Assembly (NCBI GenBank): GCA_950097015.1
Contig: CATNEN010000034.1
Coordinates: 5,084,001 to 5,148,000 of the forward strand
Direction: 5' to 3'
Origin: Macrostomum hystrix
Taxonomy: Eukaryota; Animalia; Platyhelminthes
Length of the DNA stretch: 64,000 nucleotides
A program made the translations under genes and the position numbers. The notes beneath the pieces are model-generated. The model ran no database searches. It worked only from the letters and a program-made list of their open reading frames with translations, and was not told where the DNA came from. Each line of letters opens with the position of its first letter. Positions within the stretch are counted from its first letter, which is position 1. Shown piece after piece: positions 1 to 12,945 of the stretch.

Positions 1-450
1 GAATGAGATGGAGAGAGAGAGTAGAATGAGATTGAGAGAGAGAGTAGACTGAGATTAAGAGAGAGAGAGTAGAATGAGATTGAGAGAGAGAGAGAGAGTA
101 GAATGAGATTAAGAGAGAGAGTAGAATGAGATTGAGAGAGAGAGTAGAATGAGATTGAGAGAGAGAGTAGACTGAGATTGAGAGAGAGAGTAGACTCAGA
201 TGGAGAGACAGAGTAGACTGAGATTGAGAGAGAGAGAGTAGAATGAGATTGAGAGAGAGAGAGAGTAGACTGAGATTGAGAGAGAGAGTATACTGACATG
301 GTGAGAGAGTAGACTGACATGGAGAGAGAGTAGACTGACATGGTGAGAGAGTAGACTGACATGGAGAGAGAGTAGACTGACATGGAGAGAGAGTAGACTG
401 ACATGGAGAGAGAGAGTAGACTGAGATTGAGAGAGAGAGATAGTAGACTC

Positions 451-486
<36 letters not shown>

Positions 487-1997
487 ATGAGATGGAGAGA
501 GAGAGAGTAGAATGAGATGGAGAGAGAGAGGGTAGAATGAGATTGAGAGAGAGAGTAGACTGAGATTGAGAGAGAGAGAGTAGAATGAGATTGAGAGAGA
601 GAGTAGAATGAGATTGAGAGAGAGAGTAGACTGAGATTGAGAGAGAGAGTAGAATGAGATTGAGAGAGAGAGAGTAGAATGAGATTGAGAGAGAGAGTAG
701 AATGAGATTGAGAGAGAGAGTAGAATGAGATTGAGAGAGAGAGTAGAATGAGATTGAGAGAGAGAGTAGAATGAGATTGAGAGAGAGAGTAGAATGAGAT
801 TGAGAGAGAGTAGACTGAGATTGAGAGAGAGAGAGTCGACTGAGATTGAGAGAGAGAGAGTAGAATGAGATTGAGAGAGAGAGTAGACTGAGATTAAGAG
901 AGAGAGAGTAGAATGAGATTGAGAGAGAGAGAGAGAGTAGACTGAGATTGAGAGAGAGAGAGAATAGAATTAGATTGAGAGAGAGAGTAGTATGAGATTG
1001 AGAGAGAGAGTAGACTGAGATTGAGAGAGAGAGAGTAGAATGAGATTGAGAGAGAGAGAGTAGAATGAGATTGAGAGAGAGAGTAGAATGAGATTGAGAG
1101 AGAGAGTAGAATGAGATTGAGAGAGAGAGTAGACTGAGATTGAGAGAGAGAGAGTAGAATGAGATTGAGAGAGAGAGAGAGAGTAGACTGAGATTGAGAG
1201 AGAGAGAGAATAGAATTAGATTGAGAGAGAGAGTAGAATGAGATTGAGAGAGAGAGAGAGAGTAGACTGAGATTGAGAGAGAGAGAGAATAGAATTAGAT
1301 TGAGAGAGAGAGTAGTATGAGATTGAGAGAGAGAGTAGACTGAGATTGAGAGAGAGAGAGTAGAATGAGATTGAGAGAGAGAGAGAGTAGAATGAGATTG
1401 AGAGAGAGAGTAGAATGAGATTGAGAGAGAGAGTAGAATGAGATTGAGAGAGAGAGTAGACTGAGATTGAGAGAGAGAGAGTAGAATGAGATTGAGAGAG
1501 AGAGAGAGTAGACTGAGATTGAGAGAGAGAGAGAATAGAATTAGATTGAGAGAGAGAGTAGAATGAGATTGAGAGAGAGAGTAGACTGAGATTGAGAGAG
1601 AGAGAGAGTAGAATGAGATTGAGAGAGAGAGAGTAGAATGAGATTGAGAGAGAGAGTAGAATGAGATTGAGAGAGAGAGAGTAGAATGAGATTGAGAGAG
1701 AGAGTAGAATGAGATTGAGAGAGAGAGTAGAATGAGATTGAGAGAGAGAGTAGACTGAGATTGAGAGAGAGAGAGTAGACTGAGATTGAGAGAGAGAGAG
1801 TAGAATGAGATTGAGAGAGAGAGAGAGAGAGAGAGAGTAGACTGAGATTGAGAGAGAGAGTATACTGACATGGTGAGAGAGTAGACTGACATGGAGAGAG
1901 AGTAGACTGACATGGAGAGAGAGTAGACTGACATGGTGAGAGAGTAGACTGACATGGTGAGATAGTAGACTGACATGGAGAGAGAGTAGACTGAGAT
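1..1997. repeat. GA-rich compound minisatellite (GAGAGAGAGTAGAATGAGATT variants)
   Basis: Read directly; begins before the window start. Confidence 0.95.
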
Positions 1998-2636
1998 CGA
2001 GAAAGATTTGATAACTACTCGTTGATACATAACCGTAATTTTCTCTAGATATTGCTGAAGAAAAAGTTCGTCTGTAGTCGTCCACTCATATGGTTTTATT
2101 ATTAGACTACCTCGAATGGCTTGCACTGCTCAAGAAATAGTGATGCTCGGTGTGAGAACAGTCGGTGTGTTTGTGTGCGCGTGCGTCTTCGTTTCGCAGT
2201 TGCACAGGCCAAATATAGTGGCAGACTCTAAGCTGGTCATATATTTTTCTTTGTTTTTTTTCGTAAAGTGGTTTTTGTCTTTACCCCTGCAATGCTCTCC
2301 TTACCCTCTTAGCCCGCCCACCTACCGCTGTCTGCGGCACTGGCTCAGACTGTGCGTTGGAATGCGAAATTATATTTATTCTGTAATATGTTTAGTCTAG
2401 CTCGTGTTTAGATTTTCTGCGTGGGCTGGCGGCCTCAGCTTGTAATTTGACTGGTTGACTTTGGACTTCGTTGCTAGATTTAATGCTTGTAGGCGCTCTG
2501 GTCTCTCCTGTTAGACTTCACTCTCAACTGTCAGAGTGGACACTCACCTGTTAGACTCTACATAGTCACCTGTTGGACTCTAGATAATCCTCTATTTAGT
2601 CTCTAGATTATCGCCTGTTAGTCCCAAGATATTCGT

Positions 2637-3443
2637 CCGTTAGACTCTAGATAATCACCTGTTAGAGTCTAGATAATCACCTGTTAGTCTCTAGATAATC
2701 ACCTGTTTGACTCTAGAAAATCCCCTAATTAGTCCCTAGATAATCACTGTTAGTCTTTAGATAATACCCCATTTAGATCACCTGTTAGACTCTAGATAAC
2801 CACCTGTTAGACTCTAGATAATCACCTGCTAGACTCTAGATAATCACCTCTTAGACTCTAGATAATCACCTGTTAGACTCTAGATAATCACCTGTTAGAC
2901 TCTAGATAATCACCTGTTAGACTCTAGATAATCACCTGTTAGACTCTAGATAATCCCTGTTACACTCTAGATAACCACCTGTTAGACTCTAGATAATCAC
3001 ATGTTAGACTCTAGATAATCACATGTTAGACTCTAGATAATCACCTGTTAGAGTCTAGATAATCACCTGTTAGACTCTAGATAATCACCTGTTAGACTCT
3101 AGATAATCCACTGTTAGGCTCTAGATAACCACCTGTTATTCTCTACATAATCACCTGTTAGACTCTAGATAATCCACTGTTAGGCTCTAGATAACCACCT
3201 GTTAGAGTCTAGATAATCACCTGTTAGTCTCTAGATAATCACCTGTTTGACTCTAGAAAATCCCCTAATTAGTCCCTAGATAATCACTGTTAGTCTTTAG
3301 ATAATACCCCATTTAGATCACCTGTTAGACTCTAGATAACCACCTGTTAGACTCTAGATAATCACCTGTTAGACTCTAGATAATCACCTCTTAGACTCTA
3401 GATAATCACCTGTTAGACTCTAGATAATCACCTCTTAGACTAG
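2637..3443. repeat. 22-bp minisatellite GACTCTAGATAATCACCTGTTA
   Basis: Read directly; an irregular block at about 2665-2790 recurs at about 3205-3330. Confidence 0.95.
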
Positions 3444-3589
3444 ACTAGGCTGTAATTAAAGCGAATAAACTTCATTATTGTAAATAAACACTTCAAAACC
3501 TAAAATCTAACACCTCGTCAATATCTTGAGATCGATAAATTAAGCGAAAGAAAGAGGAGCTATGCTCACTTCTACTCGCACTGACTAAT

Positions 3590-4270
3590 CTTTTGTGAGA
3601 ACAGTCAGTCAGCCGCACCCACCCCCACCCGCCCCACTGTGGAAACTGATGCGTCAACGATTTTTTGTTCTTAAAACAAAGTGTAGATCGAGTTGAATCA
3701 TCGGGGAATTTTTCCTAGCTTTCTTCCTACCCCTCGGCGTGAGCTGTCGTAAAATTTTCAACCCCCGCCTAGTCTATCCTAATGCCATAAACTGACTAAA
3801 ATTCAATTGGGAGACTGATATTTTCAGGGGGGTGGGGCTTACACGCTTCCTAAAAACTCCCTTCCCACATGGCCTGGGCTATGACGACAGCACAGCCCGA
3901 CCTTTCGAATATGACAAAGAAAGATTTTTGGGTGGGGTTGGGCGTGTGTGTGTGACACAATCAGGCCTGGGCTGAGTAAGTGTGTGGGATTCTTTCGGAG
4001 AGAGGAGGGGGTGGGAGATATTTTCAAGCTAGTCATGCAGCTCTTTAAAACTGAAGGACGGGGGATTCTCCATTTCGATATCCTTCTCTAACACTCCGTG
4101 ACCTTGAGCGCCTTATAATTGGTCGCCAGCGAAGCAGAGACCGAGGTGAGGTTCTATTTTTAGCTCTCACCCCAGACAGTGCCTGACCAACCCCACCCAC
4201 CCCAGCCAGAGCCTAGCCAATGAGAGACGGCCGGCAGCCCCCGCGAGAAGCAGCGCCATATATAGTGAGG
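3590..4270 (+). promoter_or_regulatory. Putative promoter of the IER-like gene
   Basis: TATATA at 4259-4264 within a CArG-like CCATATATAG (4256-4265); CCAAT near 4217 and ATTGG near 4118; CRE-like TGCGTCA at 3650-3656; Su(H)/RBPJ-type sites at 3594-3601 and 3862-3869. Motif matches only. Confidence 0.4.
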
Positions 4271-4427
4271 CATGCATGGCCGCCCCCTATAGAGCGCATT
4301 GAGTGCACACGCTGGATTGCGAATTGCAATTCATTTCACTTCTAAAAAGAACAATACGAGTACTTTGCCCGAAGTTCTGGCGGTCTTTACCAGTTTTTAA
4401 CCTCGTGGAAAACTTTGTGTTGTAGCA

Positions 4428-5042
4428 ATGCAGCAACAGCAGCAGCAGTCGGACTCTTCAGCAGCAACAGCATTGTTGTCGGCTGCTGCTAGCACATCCT
4501 ATCCGAAAATCCTGCAATGGTCCGTGTGCAAAATAGCGGACTCGCGTAGGCGCAAATCTGGCATTGATTTGCGCAGAAATCTGCTAATCGCCAATGTCAT
4601 CTTCAAGGCTAGGAGTGGTATATTGCAGCAGCGAGCCAAACTGCTTCTAGAAGAGAGGGCTGCCAGTCCGACAAGCGTGGCTACAACTGGCACAGACCCG
4701 CAAGCAGATTCAGCGGCCAGTTGCGAGAACCAAAGTCCACAGCATTTGCAAGTATCTGCCAGCAGTCAGTTGGGCAAACGGACTAACAGCAGCAGCAGCA
4801 GCAGCAGCTTCAACTGCTATGACCTTCAACAGTCGTCAGTAGCGTCAACTTCTGACTGCGCCTCAGGCGAGATAACGGCTTGTTCATCGAAGCTGCCAAA
4901 GTTGCAAACAGTTGCAAATTGCGGAGCCTCCGATGCAGAGCAGCAGCAGCAGCAGCAGATACTGGGCGTCCTTCAAGCCTCTGCCCTGGAGATTGGTTTA
5001 AGCTCGTCGCAGACTATGCAGTGCCTGACCTGTTCATCCTAG
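4428..5042 (+). CDS. Immediate early response (IER2/IER5-like) family protein, intronless, 204 aa
   Basis: Segment ILQWSVCKIADSRRRKSGIDLRRNLLIANVIFKAR matches the IER N-terminal motif as I recall it (IER5: [35 protein letters not shown]). Rest is polyQ/polyS low complexity. Single coding exon; AATAAA at 5430-5435. Confidence 0.75.
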   Translation: MQQQQQQSDSSAATALLSAAASTSYPKILQWSVCKIADSRRRKSGIDLRRNLLIANVIFKARSGILQQRAKLLLEERAASPTSVATTGTDPQADSAASCENQSPQHLQVSASSQLGKRTNSSSSSSSFNCYDLQQSSVASTSDCASGEITACSSKLPKLQTVANCGASDAEQQQQQQILGVLQASALEIGLSSSQTMQCLTCSS

Positions 5043-5734
5043 TGTCGCCACGCGCATCAAAAAACAAAATTCATTCAGATTACTTAACACTTTACTCACC
5101 AAAACCTACCAATATACTGTACAATAGTATTTTCTATAATGCAATTCGTGTGTATATAAGAGAGTGTTAAAAAAAGACTAATTTTACCTTGTGTTGATCA
5201 TTCTACAAGTATAGTCTAAGTCTCTACCTCCTACAGACTGCCTACGTGTCGGGGTTTTCAATCCAAGTGTGTACATTATAGCGCAAGTCTTTTAATTTGG
5301 CTTGGCTACACATAATTTGTGTTGTATTAATTATTATTTTCATAAATAGACTTTGTTTTGTTGTATTCGATTCATAAGTGTATATAAGGTAGCAAGTCGG
5401 ACTTCGCAGATCTGTACCAAAGTTGCTAAAATAAATAGATTGTCAGCATAATCTAATGCAAGAAAGAATGCAAAGCCACAGCGTTAAATAGTCAAGCTGT
5501 TCTACTAGCAGATACTAAAATGGATGAAATTCTTTATGAATCTTTTTGGCTTTCAGTTTGCTGCACGTGTATTGTGAGGTGTACAGTGACTAACGACTGG
5601 CAAACACTGTTAGTGATGAGTCACTCGAGCTAAGCCTCACCTCATTCTCCTCAATTCGTTTATAAAGTACTGACCTGGATGCTATAAGATTGAGGTAATG
5701 CGCAGTTTACTTTTCATTTTCAAGAAGGAGACAG

Positions 5735-5935
5735 GGTAGGTTGAGATGATAAGTGAGACAGGGTAGGTTGAGATGATAGGTAGGGTGAGAAGGAGGCAGG
5801 GTAGGTTGAGATGATAGGTAGGGTGAGAAGGAGACAGGTAGGTTAAGATGAGAGGTGTGGTGAGAACGAGAGGGGGTTAGTAGAAAGATAGACTGAGAAG
5901 TAGAGAGGTAGACTGAGAAGTGGAGACATAGACTT
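5735..5935. repeat. Short degenerate purine-rich repeat (GGGTAGGTTGAGATGATAG)
   Basis: Read directly. Confidence 0.7.
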
Positions 5936-6519
5936 TGGTTTAGCAAGTCGCCTGTTCAAGAATGCTTTAATTTCTCTGAAAGCCTGCAGTATTTCACCTA
6001 TGACTAATTAGGGTATTATTGAGGTGAAGGTCACTAAAATATTGGACAGTGGCAGCAGAAATTGCCAGTAATCTAGATGATGATTCAATATGGCAATACG
6101 TAGGGTTGCTTGATCGGCGAGTGAAATAACATACGCACGCGCACCACGTGGAGGGTATAGTGTGGTGAATCACCGGGTTGTGACTTGTGATACACAACTA
6201 TATAGCATGTTTAGTCAGCAAGAAGCAGACACAGAAACAGAGAATCATAAAGAGAGACAGGGACACAGAGAAATGAAAAAGGAAGAGAAAGAACCCAATG
6301 TCTAGACTCCAGTAGATAGACACCCACCCCACACTTATACCCACCTCCTCCACAAACTAGCAAACGTAAAATATCGAAGAGCAAGTTGAGATTTTATTAG
6401 CTGACTCAAGCAAATTGTACAAAAATTGCTCTTAAATTATGATTCATCACCTATTTAACAGGGGTCGACAAACTCGACTACCAAGGAGGGCCAGACGGAC
6501 AGCTGGGCTGATTCACAGA

Positions 6520-7225
6520 TAATGAGACATGGAGAGATGAGACAGGGAGAGATGAGACAGGGATAGATGAGACATGGAGAGATGAGACAGGGATAGATGA
6601 AACATGGAGAGATGAGACAGGGATAGATGAGACATGGATAGATGAGACATGGAGAGATGAGACAGGGATAGATGAAACATGGAGAGATGAGACAGGGATA
6701 GATGAGACATGGATAGATGAAACATGTAGAGATGAGACAGGGATAGATGAGACATGGATAGATGAGACATGGAGAGATGAGACAGGGAGAGATGAGACAT
6801 GGAGAGATGAGACAGGGATAGATGAGACAGGGATAGATGAAACAGGGAGAGAAGAGACGGGTAAGATGAGACATGGAGTGTTGAGACACGGGCAGAGATA
6901 AGCCAGGGGAGAGATAAGACATGGAGAGATGACACGGGAGAGAGATTTAACAGGGGAGAGTTAAGACATGGAAAGATGAAACAGGAAGAAATGAGACACG
7001 GGAGAGTTGAAACACGGGAGAGATTAGACACGGGAGAGATGAGACAGGGGAGAGATTAGACACGGGAGAGTTGAAACACGGGAGAGATTAGACACGGGAG
7101 AGATGAGACAGGGGAGAGATTGGACACGGGAGAGTTGAAACAGGGGAGAGATTAGACACGGGAGAGATGAGACTGGGGAGAGATTAGACACGGGAGAGAT
7201 GAGACAGGAGAGAGCTGAGACAAGG
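6520..7225. repeat. 15-16-bp purine-rich minisatellite (GAGATGAGACAGGGA / GAGATGAGACATGGA)
   Basis: Read directly. Confidence 0.9.
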
Positions 7226-8087
7226 GAATGATGTCTTAGAAATATCATTTGATTTTTACATTTCTTGGAAATATATGATAGCGAAAGCTTGCAATAAGTT
7301 TTTTAAGTATATACGAGTATTTTTCTTGTTTTATGTTATAGACGCCAGCCTATCAATGAAACCCTAGCGAATATATTTACTGTAACGAGTCAGGGTATAA
7401 AATTAGCAGCAAAGAAGCGAGACACTCTTGTTTGCTAACACGTATGTATGTCGTATTCATTAAATGCGGATTTTATTAACACCCAGTCTACAGTTTTTTG
7501 AGGGGGTGGGGGTTTCGGGTGCAATTCGTGCTAGTACAATTTTTGCACACGCTGTACGCTTAATGTACATAGTAAAATGTAGGCGAATAGAACAGAAATA
7601 GCTCGTAATTTAGTGCTTATCAATCTCAGATTGAAAATCTGTTTCCAATGAGACCTCAAAACAGCGCTGCATCACGTGGGCGCCAACGGATAAAAACAAA
7701 ACTTTGCACATTGTTTGCTGTCTTTTACGGTAACTTAGCTCAGTAGTAGGTGTTGCATGTTTTGTCAGCAATTTGTGATGCAATGTTTAAAAATAGAACA
7801 ACTTTTTACCAGCAGGAATCGAGGCCAGCATATAAGAGTGCAAGTATGAAATTTATTTTCGTTCTTAGCTCATAGTTCCACTAAGCACAATCTTGAATTC
7901 GTACAAAGTCCGATCTAATTAGCTGAACAATTATACATTTTACATTTATTACATTTATTACATTTTACATATACTGTTCTTACATTTGCTAACAAGTAGA
8001 ACTTATTTAATCTAAGGCTGTTCTGAACATTCAGAAAATAAATATTTTACTTGTTGTCAGATGTGTCTAAAACACTGTGTTTCTAGA

Positions 8088-8495
8088 AGTAGTATCTAGA
8101 ACAGGGTGTCAGGAGTATCTAGAACAAGGTGTCAGGAGTATCTAGAACAGTGTGTCAGGAGTATCTAGAACAGAGTGTCAGGAGTATCTAGAACAGAGTG
8201 TCAGGAGTATCTAGAACGGGATGTCAGGAGTATCTAGAACAGAGTGTCAGGAGTATCTAGAACAGAGTGTCAGGAGTATCTAGAACAGAGTGTCAGGAGT
8301 ATCTAGAACAGAGTGTCAGGAGTATCTAGAACAGAGTGTCAGGAGTATCTAGAACAGAGTGTCAGGAGTATCTAGAACGGGATTTCAGGAGTATCTAGAA
8401 CGGGATGTCAGGAGTATCTAGAACGGGATGTCAGGAGTATCTGGAACAGGGTGTCAGGAGTATCTGGAACAGGGTGTCAGGAGTATGTAGAACAT
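8088..8495. repeat. 23-bp minisatellite GAGTATCTAGAACAGAGTGTCAG
   Basis: Read directly. Confidence 0.95.
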
Positions 8496-10321
8496 GGTTT
8501 CGGTAGTATCTTGAAATGTGCGTCAGGATCGTCTTAATTATTGTGTCGAGATTTTCTCGAAACGCATGGAAGTCAACATTTAAAATTGTATTGCAACCTC
8601 GTGATTGACTTGTTGCATGAATTTGACGCACCGTTTCACAGTTTTCTTTCGATTTTAGCTGTTTTGTAACTAATTTTTACTCTAAGTAGTGCAAATGCGT
8701 ATTTCGGGACTTTTTAATATCTGGTATAATTTTTAACTAGCTTTCTTCGCACTCAATAGTGCAGTTAAGAACCGGCCATTTTTCTCTTGACTTGGAGCTC
8801 ATTGTTTTGCGTTAATTTTCAAGTAAGTAAAATAATGGAAAGCAAAACAGCAATAGCAACGGTTTTTTTTAAGAAGCAGCAAAGCATCAACAGATTTATT
8901 TGCAAAAAACAAGACAGGCGTGGCATGAGACGGGAAAACAATTGAATTTCTTGGAATTCGGAGCGGAATGCCGGCCCACAGCGCGGAAGCACATGTGATT
9001 GTCGCCGTTTAAAGGACGCAGAACGCCATGCTGTATATAGTCTGTTCTCAAACTCTGGTCCAAAATCAAAGTCGCGACAACAAATCACTAGTCTTCCAGG
9101 CCAAGTGGATGCCGATAGTTCTTGGTTTAATTAATAATCGAATATTGTTTCCCCTATTTTGGGATTTTTAATCTACGACTTACCTCTGTTTTCTGCAGGG
9201 CTGAGTTCTTCTAGGACACAAGCAAGCAAGGGAGGCAGACAGAACTGAGTTTCTGGTCTCAGGCCTCGATCTAGTTTTAGCAGCGATGGGAAGGGGATCA
9301 GGGGGGAACTGGTTAGCGGAGCTTTTCGTTCTCCTCCGCTCTAAGCATGAGGAGAAATATCCCCCAGCCCGAGCAGCTTCAAGATAGCGCTGAGTTCTGG
9401 GTGGAGCCGACCAGATAGGAAGGGAATGGGGAGAAGAAGCGAAGAGGCTGGGGCACGGCCGGGCTCTCCTCTTAATCCCCTTCGGGCCGCGCCCACCCCA
9501 CTCCGCCGCCCACCCCACTCCGGTTGCTCCGCTCCTCAGTCTCTCTCTATCCGGCTTTTCTTGCCCATCTGAAACTGCTGTAGAGAGAGCTGAGAGATGC
9601 GGGATCTGATGGCAGTTGGGAAGAGCTGAGTGTACACTCCGTGGGGTGAGGGGGAGGTGACATGAGTTTGAGCAAGTGCTCAGGTGGCGCTATACTAAAT
9701 GCCTATGGGTTGAAGACCAATCAGAAACTGCCAGGTGTAGCTCTTTGCTGAGGGACAGAGGTGGAGTAGCTATTCAGGACAAAGAATGCGCCATTTGGGA
9801 TGGGAATCCTATTGCTAAACTAGATGAATAATTCAAAGGGAATTCTGTGCGGTTTGGCTGCAGGGGGTTGGCGGTAGGAGGAGAGGTGAGGAGAAAAACG
9901 GCCGCATACCCAATAGGCGCTTGCCCAACATGGGTTGTTACTGACTGCAAACAGCAGCAGCAGCAGCAGCAGCAGCAGCTCAAGCTTCATCAGAGTTAGA
10001 AGGTGAGGGCTGATGAGGCAGGCTGGATTCAGGATCCCCGGGACACATTTTGGGATTATTTCTGTTTTGTCTTCCCCACCGCTTGTTGGCCGCACCCTCC
10101 GCCGTCTCCATGGGAGTCTGTGTGACTCACAACACGAGTACACTTTGGCACATGGGATGCAACGCAGTTGGTTCCCATCTTACCTTTGGCCACCCCCGCC
10201 TCGACGCATGCCCGCTTGGACTGGGGAGCATTGTGGATTTTTTGAGGCGCACTTCATATTGATTCTGCATTTTTAAATAGACTAGGCCGCTACACTACTG
10301 ACCATGAAGGAATATAATAGA

Positions 10322-11506
10322 CAGGAAGGAAGGGATTAGACATAGGAAGGTATGTATTAGACATAGGAAGGTATGTATTAGACATAGGAAGGTATGGATT
10401 AGACATAGGAAGGTATGTATTAGACATAGGAAGGTATGTATTAGACATAGGAAGGTATGGATTAGACATAGGAAGGTATGTATTAGACATAGGAAGGTAT
10501 GTATTAGACATAGGAAGGTATGGATTAGACATAGGAAGGAATGGGGTAGACACAGCAAGGAATGGCGTGGACACAGGAAGGAATGTATTAGACATAGGAA
10601 GGTATGGATTAGACATAGGAAGGAATGGGGTAGACACAGCAAGGAATGGCGTGGACACAGGAAGGAATGGCGTGGACACAGGAAGGAATGGCGTGGACAC
10701 AGGAAGGAATGGGGTAGACACAGGAAGGAATGGAGTAGACAGGATGGAATGGAGTAGACACAGGAAGGAATGGAGTAGACAGGAAGGAATGGGGTAGACG
10801 CAGGAAGGAATGGAGTAGACAGGAAGGAATTGGGTAGACACAGGAACGAATGAGGTAGACACAGGAAGGAATGGAGTAGACACAGGAAGGAATGGAGTAG
10901 ACACAGGAAGGAATGGGGTAGACACAGGAAGGAATGGAGTAGACAGGAAGGAATTGGGTAGACACAGGAACGAATGAGGTAGACACAGGAAGGAATGGAG
11001 TAGACACAGGAAGGAATGGGGTAGACACAGGAAGGAATGGAGTAGACAGGAAGGAATTGGGTAGACACAGGAACGAATGAGGTAGACACAGGAAGGAATG
11101 GAGTAGACACAGGAAGGAATGGAGTAGACAGGAAGGAATTGGGTAGACACAGGAACGAATGAGGTAGACACAGGAAGGAATGGAGTAGACACAGGAAGGA
11201 ATGGAGTAGACACAGGAAGGAATGGAGTAGACACAGGAAGGAATGGAGTAGACACAGGAAGGAATGGAGTAGACACAGGAAGGAATGGAGTAGACACAGG
11301 AAGGAATGGAGTAGACACAGGAAGGAATGGAGTAGACACAGGAAGGAATGGAGTAGACACAGGAAGGAATGGAGTAGACACAGGAAGGAATGGAGTAGAC
11401 ACAGGAAGGAATGGAGTAGACACAAGAAGGAATGGAGTAGACACAGGAAGGAATGGAGTAGACACAGGAAGGAATGGAGTAGACACAAGAAGGAATGGAG
11501 TAGACG
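10322..11506. repeat. 21-bp minisatellite GACACAGGAAGGAATGGAGTA, grading from GACATAGGAAGGTATGTATTA
   Basis: Read directly. Confidence 0.95.
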
Positions 11507-12171
11507 GAGAGACAAAAGAACTAATGAGAAGGCTTTTGCAGATGTGAGTGAGGCGAGTAAAACTGATATTTGAGACAGCTGAATGGTCGGCAAGGTGAAT
11601 TCGTGAAAGAGCTGAAGTCTGATCAGAAGACCTACAAAGCGAGGCTGAAAAGCAGAAATAAAATAGGCTAAAGACAATCTTTAGCAGTCTTGGTGAAACT
11701 GAAATTTAATGCCGAATTCGTGACTTGTCTTCATCTTCTCTCTCGTTGTAAAACTCAGCGGGCGGCATCTTCAGGAAAGGTAAAAAATGGGAAAGCCTAG
11801 CTTGAGTTTTGGCTTAAAGCAGCAGCAGCAGCAGCAGCAGGGTCATGCAAAACGCAAAGTCAAAGCTAATTCGAAATTTGAAAAGCAAAGCAAAAGCGGA
11901 TTTTGGATTTGAAGCTTTAAGACGCGAGTTCCTCCCTGAAAAAGGAGACACAAGTAAGAGCTGGGAAATGGGAAAACTAAAAACTAAGAAGACCATACCC
12001 CTGCACTGCTCCCGCCCGCTAAGGCACGCATTGCCAGTGTAACTTGAGCAATGCCTGCTCCCCTCACCGGCTTCAGCTATTCAGATTCTGTCCCTAACAT
12101 CGTCTGAAAGCGCGACTGTTGCTTTTCAACCAGTCAAGCTGCTACTGCGACCTCGCCTCAGACAGAGCTCA

Positions 12172-12206
<35 letters not shown>

Positions 12207-12454
12207 CATCCTTCCCTAGACCATGCCAGGAATTGCTGAACCGATTTCAGAGTAAAAGCCAAAGGAAGCCCTCACTAAAGCTGTCTTGGTAAGGCGGACT
12301 GACTTTTGCTGTCTGTCTCTCTGTCGTTTCACGCAATCATTTACTTTCTATATTCAGTTTTCTGATCCGTTTCTCTTATCACAATCTGTGCACCTTTTCC
12401 TTACTACCTGTCTCATTCTCTTTCCTTTTAATCCCGCACATTTTCTGCTATTCC

Positions 12455-12945
12455 TATCTCTCCATCTCCCTCTCCCTCTCCCTCTCTCTCCTACTTCATC
12501 TCCATCTCCATCTCCTCTCCCTATCCATCTCCCTATCCATCTCCATCTCCATCTCCATCTCCATCTCCCTCTCCATCTGCCTCTCCCTCTCCATCTCGAT
12601 CTCCATCTCCATCTCCATCTCCCTCTCCCTCTCCCTCTCCTACTTCATCTCCATCTCCATCTCCCTCTCCCTCTCCCTCTCCCTCTCCATCTCCCTATCC
12701 ATCTCCCTCTCCCTCTCCCTCTCCCTCTCCATCTCCCTCTCCATCTCCCTCTCCCTCTCCCTCTCCTACTTCATCTCCCTCTCCCTCTCCCTCTCCTACT
12801 TCATCTCCATCTCCATCTCCATCTCCCTCTCCCTCTCCCTCTCCCTCTCCTACTTCATCTCCATCTCCATCTCCCTCTCCTTATCCATCTCCCTTTCCAT
12901 CTCCATCTCCATCTCCATCTCTTACTACCTCCCCTCCCTCTCTAT
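12455..12945. repeat. CT-rich hexamer microsatellite (CTCCAT/CTCCCT)
   Basis: Read directly; a (CA)n run lies at about 12172-12205. Confidence 0.9.

Noticed and set aside
894-2126. 410-aa and 289-aa - strand ORFs
   Set aside because: Almost wholly GA repeat; the short unique heads have no recognisable motif.
8513-8637. Short imperfect inverted repeat (GAAATGTGCGTCA ... TGACGCACCGTTTC)
   Set aside because: Only about 13 bp with mismatches and no target duplication; compatible with chance.
10009-10060. Hammerhead ribozyme core CTGATGAG
   Set aside because: No stem II followed by GAAA downstream.
9180-10276. Several 70-112 aa ORFs in GC-rich unique DNA
   Set aside because: Overlapping on both strands, no domain similarity and no consistent splice chain; more likely regulatory sequence.
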